From Schmidtea polychroa (lineage: Eukaryota), in contig CM097885.1 in assembly GCA_044892525.1 (NCBI GenBank), forward strand, positions 8,930,001 to 8,994,000: 64,000 bases of DNA, in the 5' to 3' direction. Below are positions 56,600 through 64,000 of this stretch, piece by piece. Each line of letters begins with the position of its first letter. The first letter of the stretch is position 1. The notes under the pieces are model-generated. The model ran no database searches. It was not told where the DNA came from and was given only the letters and a program-made list of their open reading frames with translations. The translations under genes and the position numbers were made by a program.

Positions 56600-57600
56600 T
56601 AGTTTCTTTTAATGTTTTTAGAACGCGACACGCGCCAAACGAAATGACTAGGCGTTACGTAACCTTGATTTTTAATAAAATAATAGAATATAACTATACA
56701 TCACACCATCTATACAAGAACCAGTAAAGTTGAGAATCTCAATTAATGAGACCTCAACAAACCCATTTAAAATTTATATAATAATTATATATTATAATTG
56801 ATGACAACTTGAGATTTTTCAAGTATTTGTTAGCTAATAAAGCTGCTGGAGAAATGAAATTCAAGAGGACCTGACAATAAAGATGCAGGAAAAATCATCG
56901 GCATTTCCAATATATTTTTAAAGGATATTTTTTAAAATGAAATTTAAAATAAGTAAAAACAAATAATTTTTTAAACATTAAATTTAAATTATACAGAATT
57001 GAACCATTTGTCTAATTGTGGCTCTGGAAATTCTGAGTTAACGATTTTCGGCTCCCGTCGGGATAAAGTCTGGCCATTTCTGGTATATATCGTTGAAAAG
57101 AAAAAGAAATTCTCTACGTGAAAGCTTTTGTAATATCTTTAAAATCTTTTAAACTATATAAATACTTTGTACTCTTTAATCTAACCCAACCGTTCTGGTG
57201 CTGTGACTCCTAGCGACCCCAACAATAAAATTAATATGGTTGCTCCTCAGTCGTATTTTTGCAGTTAACTGTTACGTTGTAGACTATTAAACATCTGATT
57301 TTATATATATTTTATACTTAATGGCACCATATTTTTTGTTACCAGTTTGTTATATGTTTTGGTTAATATTGTTAAAAATGAATTTGAAAAGAAATAAAAT
57401 ATTTACATTTACAATATATTCAGTATGTATTGTGCAATGTATATTACACAATTAAGAGTCACACACTATCGAAGCTATTAACTTAAAGTTGGGGCTTTAA
57501 TTTATAAAATTTGAAAATAAAATAAACCTGAAGAAAGAAAAGATTTTATTAATATTAATTATAACTACGAAAATGTTAGAGTGGCAAAACCGAAGAAGCG

Positions 57601-59069
57601 TCAGTGGAAAGACTGTGCTTGCTTCTTTCTTGCTAAATCAGAAATTCTTGGAACGGTTTTTGCAAGAGCATAACGCAGATCATCTTCGGCAACAAGTCTA
57701 CTTCTGTATTTTTATTTGATAACCAACACGCTTGAAAAGCCTGTTTCACAAAGGTATGTTGTTGGAAAAGGAAGAAGCAGGCGCAAAACGATTACAGACA
57801 GAACAGGATATAAATGCAAACACTTGATCCAGAATTTGGTAATTGACATTGAAGAGAAATAATATTTTCCTGCATCGCTGATAATGAGTTCAATGAATTC
57901 CTCTTGTGCATTCTCAGGAAAATCTTCAACTCTGATGGTGAATGGACTTCTAGCAAGTGCAAATGGCGTATTAGGTAAATTTGGAAAATATCTTGAAATC
58001 TCTTCTTCAAGAATTTTAAAATTTTCTTAGACAGAAATTATTGTTCTATCCATTGTTTCCTGTTCAATGTCATTTTCCTCAAAGAAAGTAGATTAGTTCG
58101 ACAACATATAAATTTTATTTTCATCCAATTTCGTTCGCCAAAGTTGAAGTTTCACAGTTGGAATGCTGGGATCTTTTTTGACAATCTAGGTATGGTGCAA
58201 AAATTTAAACCAAATAAGCAATTTTGTGAAGTTGTATTTTTCGCAAAAAAGTACTTCAAAGTGTGATTTAGGTTTTAAAAAACTTTTTGATTCATCACAA
58301 AGATGAAAAACACGTTTTTTCAAACTTGCCTCTGGACAACCATCTCACATCAGTGTGGAATAGGAGAACATTATTGAATGCATCGAACTCACTGCAAAGT
58401 TTTGAAAACAAGTGGCTGTTTAAAGCACTAGCTTTTACAAAATTCACGGCATTTACAACATTTTTTGTTAATTCTTGAAATTTTGTTTTACAAAATCTTC
58501 ATTGCTAACAGTTGTCGATGAATCGTACAGTGAGTTCCTATGACTTTCGGTGATGCATTGATTACCAACCGTTGAAATCCAGATCTACACCCTAGCATTG
58601 CTGGAGCACAAACAAACACCACAAACATTTTCCCAAGGGATGTCATGATTTTGAAGAAATGGCTCAATTGTGTCAAATACATCGTGTGCAGCAGTCATCG
58701 TTTCAATTGGCTTGCAAAAAATAAAACTCATCTTTGAATTCGCCTTCATTAATATACCTCACGTAAACCAGTAACTGAGAAAAGTTTGCCATATCTGTTG
58801 ATTCATCAATCTAGATGCTAAATATTTCCAGGGAGCAGATTTCGTTTCTTGGATTACTTGCTCAATAATATCAGCAGGCACTTCATCTATTCTTCTACTT
58901 ACGGTGTTCTTAGACAAGGACATTGTATCCAATTTGTTAACATATTCAACTCCAAGCATAACTCGAACAATGTCTTTGGTCGCTGGCAAAAGCAAGTCTT
59001 CGGCAATGGTGTGATGTTTCTAGGCTTTGGCGATTCTAATAGCCACCAAATATGAAGCTTCAATGGCTG

Positions 59070-59070
<1 letters not shown>
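57601..59070 (-). pseudogene. hAT (Charlie/Buster, ZBED5-like) transposase remnant
   Basis: LLPATKDIVRVMLG, LSKNTVSRRI, GTHCTIHRQ, LLFHTDVRWLSRG, LLPFPTTYLCETGFS, KKQAQSFH*. Confidence 0.85.
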
Positions 59071-59107
<37 letters not shown>

Positions 59108-59203
59108 TGGTGAATAGTGAAGTAAAAAATATATAAGTGTAACGAAATACACTAAATGAAACATATTTATGTCAAAATAAGCATTAAAATGATTTTATGG
59201 CTA

Positions 59204-59623
59204 CAGGCCCCGGAAGAGGGGGGTCATGAGGGTCTTTTGGCATGGGCCTCTTAATTTAGGGGACCCTAAATAACACTATTTGATACTACATCAAACGATC
59301 AAAAAAATTATTTAAGATCAACCATGATACAGGATCGTGTAAATGGTCTGACGACGCTAAATATTAATTGGGATATGGCTAGACATTTGGACTATTATCA
59401 AATTATAAGTTCTTTTGCAGCTTTAAAGGCGAGAAAAGCGCATTTTTAAATTTTAATTAATACTACCTTGATATTTATACTTTGATATTCGGAATATATA
59501 TTTTTATTTTTGAAATAATAAATTTTATATCAGGAAAAATTTCATTTGTTGTATATTTTTCATTATATAGGGGGCCACATATAATGTCAGACCTGGGCCT
59601 CCAAAAGGCTCTAACAGGCTCTG
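59204..59623 (+). mobile_element. Non-autonomous hAT element, same family as 14252-14727
   Basis: CAG...CTG ends; TSD tatggcta / tatggata (one mismatch); homologous to the reverse complement of 14252-14727. Confidence 0.85.
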
Positions 59624-60532
59624 TATGGATATGATTATGATGGCTCGCTGTAATTGAGTAAAAACGAAGATATTCTGAATAATTAAAGTAAACCCAATTC
59701 ATAGTTATAGGTTTGATGAAGGAAAAGTTTTAATATGTTATCGAGAATTGTTCGGAGAAAGGGGCCTAAGGGGAAATTGGACTGTGATATTGCATACTAC
59801 TTACTGAGATTTTAATTTTTATGGATTCTGCTGTCACTGTACCTCCTCCTATCCCTTTCATCGGTAGTCCATGGACTCAAGGTACACCGGATGCTAAACT
59901 GTTCGAGGTAGGAGCCAACTTTTGCCAATATCCATCTATCTAGAAAATTATGAGCAATGGGTGACAAGTTGTTTGATAATGTTATATCGTGGTGATGAAG
60001 TAGGTTAAAAGAATTTTATGAGTCATTGTTTTAATAGCGATCCAGAACTTGTTATTTAAACCTTAAGAAATGGAAGATGGAATTTTTGAAAAAAAATAAG
60101 ATTTTCATAAATATATTCCAAATTATTTAACCCTTGTTATTAAAATATCAAAATGAATTTTCTAAAATATAATTCAATTTTTAATTATTTGAGAGATTTC
60201 TGTACTTATTTAATTTCAATTTTTCTTTCTAAATTGTTCCTTATAATTTATATTAGTTTTCCAAAATAATCTGAGTACATTTTATTATATAATTAATTTT
60301 ATTGTACATTTTGTAATAAATACTTTGAATTCCAATGTTATGATTGAAATCTTTAAAACATTAAGAAATATTTCATTTGGTTAAATTACGTTGTTTAAAT
60401 AATTTAAAGTTTTAAAATAAAAATTTATTAATATTATTATTTCAGATTATTATTTTGTTTTCAATGAGTGCTTCTGATTCTCGTTAGTACAAATGTTAAA
60501 ATTAAATTAAAATCAAATAATTTTATTTATGT

Positions 60533-63504
<2,972 letters not shown>

Positions 63505-64000
63505 TGATGCTTTAATTCAGATAAAATACTTATTAATTATTGATTTTATTTAATTATTCTAATTTCATTAATCTTTAATCTATATATCTATTTCATAATA
63601 CAATAATAATAATGGAATCGATTTATTAATTAATATATATTTTTATGGATAATTTGATATTTATTCATATCTCCTCTGATATTATGCAAATATGCCAATG
63701 CATCGCGACCTTTAAGCGGAGTAATAACACTGATTTAGTTACTAAAACGAGGATTTGGAACGAAAATATTGATCTGATTAAAAATTGTGTAACGAGAAAT
63801 AAAAATGTATTGTAATTAAATTTCACATAGAATGTTATAAAAATCTTTGAAAATGGAAGAAATTTAAGTTTGAATTTTTCAACCTTCTCTCCATTTCGAG
63901 GTTACTTTATTCTGGAATAAAGAAATTACATCGATTACATTATATCAGACCCGGACAACGTGCCAGCTTTTAAAAGTCAAAAGAAATTGATATATTTAAA

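Noticed and set aside
59700..60000. Small exon-like segments upstream of the CHD gene
   Set aside because: Splice-like sites are present, but I could not build a confident frame or assign them to CHD or another gene.

Overview
AT-rich animal (eukaryotic) genomic DNA with many short GT-AG introns and (ATT)n tracts; the style is compatible with a planarian-like invertebrate, but the species cannot be determined from this window. Host genes: a frameshifted TRAF-type MATH gene, NUB1 (+), katanin p60 (-), a ZYG11-family gene (-), a secreted PAN/C-type-lectin-like gene (+) and the 5' part of a CHD3/4/5 remodeller (+). The window also holds hAT, piggyBac, Tc1/mariner, Helitron and Penelope elements and a 28S rRNA fragment. 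The main discovery is a complete 11.9-kb endogenous Polinton/adintovirus-like element (37150-49059; AGTAG...CTACT termini, long TIRs, near-perfect 6-bp TSD). It has the virion/integration module (packaging ATPase, core proteins, RVE integrase, penton, hexon, adenain protease) but no recognisable protein-primed DNA polymerase B. It carries a set of largely spliced accessory genes: a Bcl-2 homologue, a TBP-like gene, a candidate SSB, a 5-exon acidic protein with tandem SIM-like motifs and a secreted/anchored protein. An (ATT)n microsatellite forms a GT-AG intron inside the integrase catalytic motif. Two further related termini and one candidate terminus lie in the window; in two of these a terminal inverted motif differs in sequence from the main element's but keeps its pairing. 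All protein identifications are by eye from motif recognition, not from database searches.
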